Source: Patescibacteria group bacterium (GTDB taxonomy: Bacteria; Patescibacteriota; Patescibacteriia; UBA9570; JAHJKD01). Taken from it: a stretch of 64,000 bases of DNA. The DNA lies in the NCBI GenBank assembly GCA_043798935.1, contig JAZDOC010000014.1, positions 3,549 through 67,548 on the forward strand. Direction: 5' to 3'. Below are positions 62,639 to 64,000 of the stretch, in pieces; within the stretch, counting starts at the first letter, position 1, and each line of letters opens with the position of its first letter. Position numbers and translations under genes: made by a program. A model generated the notes under the pieces. It was not told the DNA's origin. It was given only the letters and a program-made list of their open reading frames with translations, and did no database searches.

Positions 62639-64000
62639 TCAAGAAACCTTTCGTAATTTTATTTTTATTTTAACCAAAACCGCAATATATAAATAATAAA
62701 TAACCGGAATAATGATAAGTACAAATATTACCGACGCCACTAAACCAGAAATGATTGTGGTTCCCATGCCCCGCCAATAATATTGCGTGATAGTAAGCGG
62801 TAAAATACCAGCAATGGTAGTAAGTGTCGTAGCCAAAATCGGTCGAGTGCGCTGACTTACACCTTCTAAAATCGCTTGGGTTAAAGTATATTGTTTATCG
62901 GCACGCAATTTATTGAACTTGTCAATTAGAATAATAGAGTTATTAACAACTATGCCCATTAATACCACCATGCCAAGAAGCGCCATGAAACTAACCGGTA
63001 AACCTAAGATAAACAAAGCCGGAAAAACACCAATGATAGCCAACGGTATGGCCAGCATTATAATAAATGGTTGAACAAAAGATTTAAACTGAAACGTAAG
63101 CAAAGCATAAATTGCAATTAATGAAACAACCATCATCATGCCAAAATCATCAAAAGCCTGGGTTTCGCTTTCCATATCACCACGATAACTAATGGCATTA
63201 CTTTCTAAATTTAAATTATTCAATTTATCATTGGTAAAATAATTTTCTATCTCCGAATTAACTTTTGATGCTACAACACTATCTTCCAAGCTTACTTTTA
63301 CTTCTACATATCTTTTCTTGGCGAAGTGGTTGATAGATTTTAAATTTTCTGTTTGTCTAACCTCGGCAATATCAGCTAATTTAACGCTACCCAAAGACAA
63401 GCCTTTAAGCTTAGCCAAAGTTAAATCATCTTCAAAACCAAGATTAACTTCAATGTTTTTTTTAGTTGCTTCATCTTGTAAATCCATTATTTTTTCCGGA
63501 TTATACAAACTGCGAATAACACCGGCTACTTGAATTGGGAGTAACCCAGCTTGAACTGTTTTTTCACGATCTAAAGAAACTGTAATTTGTGGTGCTTTAT
63601 CTTCACTTACTCCATCATCAACTTTTTTAACTCCAGCCATTATTTTTAAATGAGCGGCTAAATCTAAAGCGGCTGTTTCTAACGTTTCTAAATCATCACC
63701 GGAAATCTGTACCTCTACTGGATATTCAGCCGTCGGCGGACCCTGAGTAAAGTTTTCTGCTATTATCTCCACATCCTGAATTTTATCAAGTTCGGTTTGC
63801 AGAATTGTAATGATTTCCTTGTTTTTAACAGTCATTTTATCTTTAGCCACCAAATTAACGATAAACTGAGTTTGATCGCTAATCTGACCATTCATATAAA
63901 AACTAAACGGGGCAAAATTAACTAAATTTTGTTTGATAATATCACTCGTTCCATAGGAATTAGATATAACATCAGTCATTTCTTTGATTTTGTCCTCTTT
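62639..64000 (-). CDS. RND-superfamily transporter (AcrB/MMPL-like), C-terminal half; N-terminus beyond the window end
   Basis: C-terminal TM bundle VVSLIAIYALLTFQFKSF...LMGIVVNNSIILIDKF...ILATTLTTIAGILPL is typical of RND permeases. The frame remains open from the ORF-track Met at 63979 to position 64000 (…KEDKIKEM). Confidence 0.75.
   Translation of the reverse strand, partial: KEDKIKEMTDVISNSYGTSDIIKQNLVNFAPFSFYMNGQISDQTQFIVNLVAKDKMTVKNKEIITILQTELDKIQDVEIIAENFTQGPPTAEYPVEVQISGDDLETLETAALDLAAHLKIMAGVKKVDDGVSEDKAPQITVSLDREKTVQAGLLPIQVAGVIRSLYNPEKIMDLQDEATKKNIEVNLGFEDDLTLAKLKGLSLGSVKLADIAEVRQTENLKSINHFAKKRYVEVKVSLEDSVVASKVNSEIENYFTNDKLNNLNLESNAISYRGDMESETQAFDDFGMMMVVSLIAIYALLTFQFKSFVQPFIIMLAIPLAIIGVFPALFILGLPVSFMALLGMVVLMGIVVNNSIILIDKFNKLRADKQYTLTQAILEGVSQRTRPILATTLTTIAGILPLTITQYYWRGMGTTIISGLVASVIFVLIIIPVIYYLYIAVLVKIKIKLRKVS

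Noticed and set aside
1-64000. CRISPR arrays, cas genes, transposases, restriction-modification or toxin-antitoxin modules
   Set aside because: No regularly spaced direct repeats and no recognisable cas, transposase, methylase/endonuclease or TA protein signatures were found in any frame.

Overview
This is a 64 kb window from an AT-rich bacterial chromosome. The evidence in the window points to a reduced-genome Patescibacteria/CPR-type lineage: ribosomal protein L30 is absent from the spc operon, almost no start codons have a Shine-Dalgarno sequence, TGA is used as a stop codon (so genetic code 11 rather than 25), genes are small and tightly overlapping, and there are giant surface proteins. 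About 90% of the coding sequence is on the minus strand. Housekeeping content, left to right: a truncated cobO; the nrdR-nrdD-nrdG class III ribonucleotide reductase operon; ftsA-ftsZ; dgkA-ybeY; rpsU-yqeY; hisS; a HIT protein; an LCP-family enzyme; der; pth; a long minus-strand operon (tRNA methylthiotransferase, esterase, SAM methyltransferase, sensor histidine kinase, unannotated small peptide, Ca-type P-type ATPase, DJ-1); tRNA-Lys(UUU); mscL; dnaB-ybaB-recR; rplU; an MraY/WecA-like transferase; ruvX-map-adk; and the contiguous str/S10/spc ribosomal superoperon (rpsL-rpsG-fusA-tuf-rpsJ, then rplC through secY), followed by rpmB and a truncated RND transporter at the right edge. The most unusual feature is an apparently split NrdD: the catalytic polypeptide stops at a TAA, and the glycyl-radical tail is encoded by a separate in-frame 56-aa ORF abutting nrdG. 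Other unusual features are an 8.2 kb gene for a 2725-aa Cys-rich protein with IPT/TIG-like repeats followed by two paralogous TSP3-repeat membrane proteins; a 430-nt gene-free interval with four successive hairpins after pth; a conserved GC-rich terminator hairpin present three times; an unannotated 56-aa membrane peptide between the histidine kinase and the P-type ATPase; and structured spacers at secY-adk and rpsJ-rplC. No CRISPR arrays, transposases, integrases or rRNA genes were seen.
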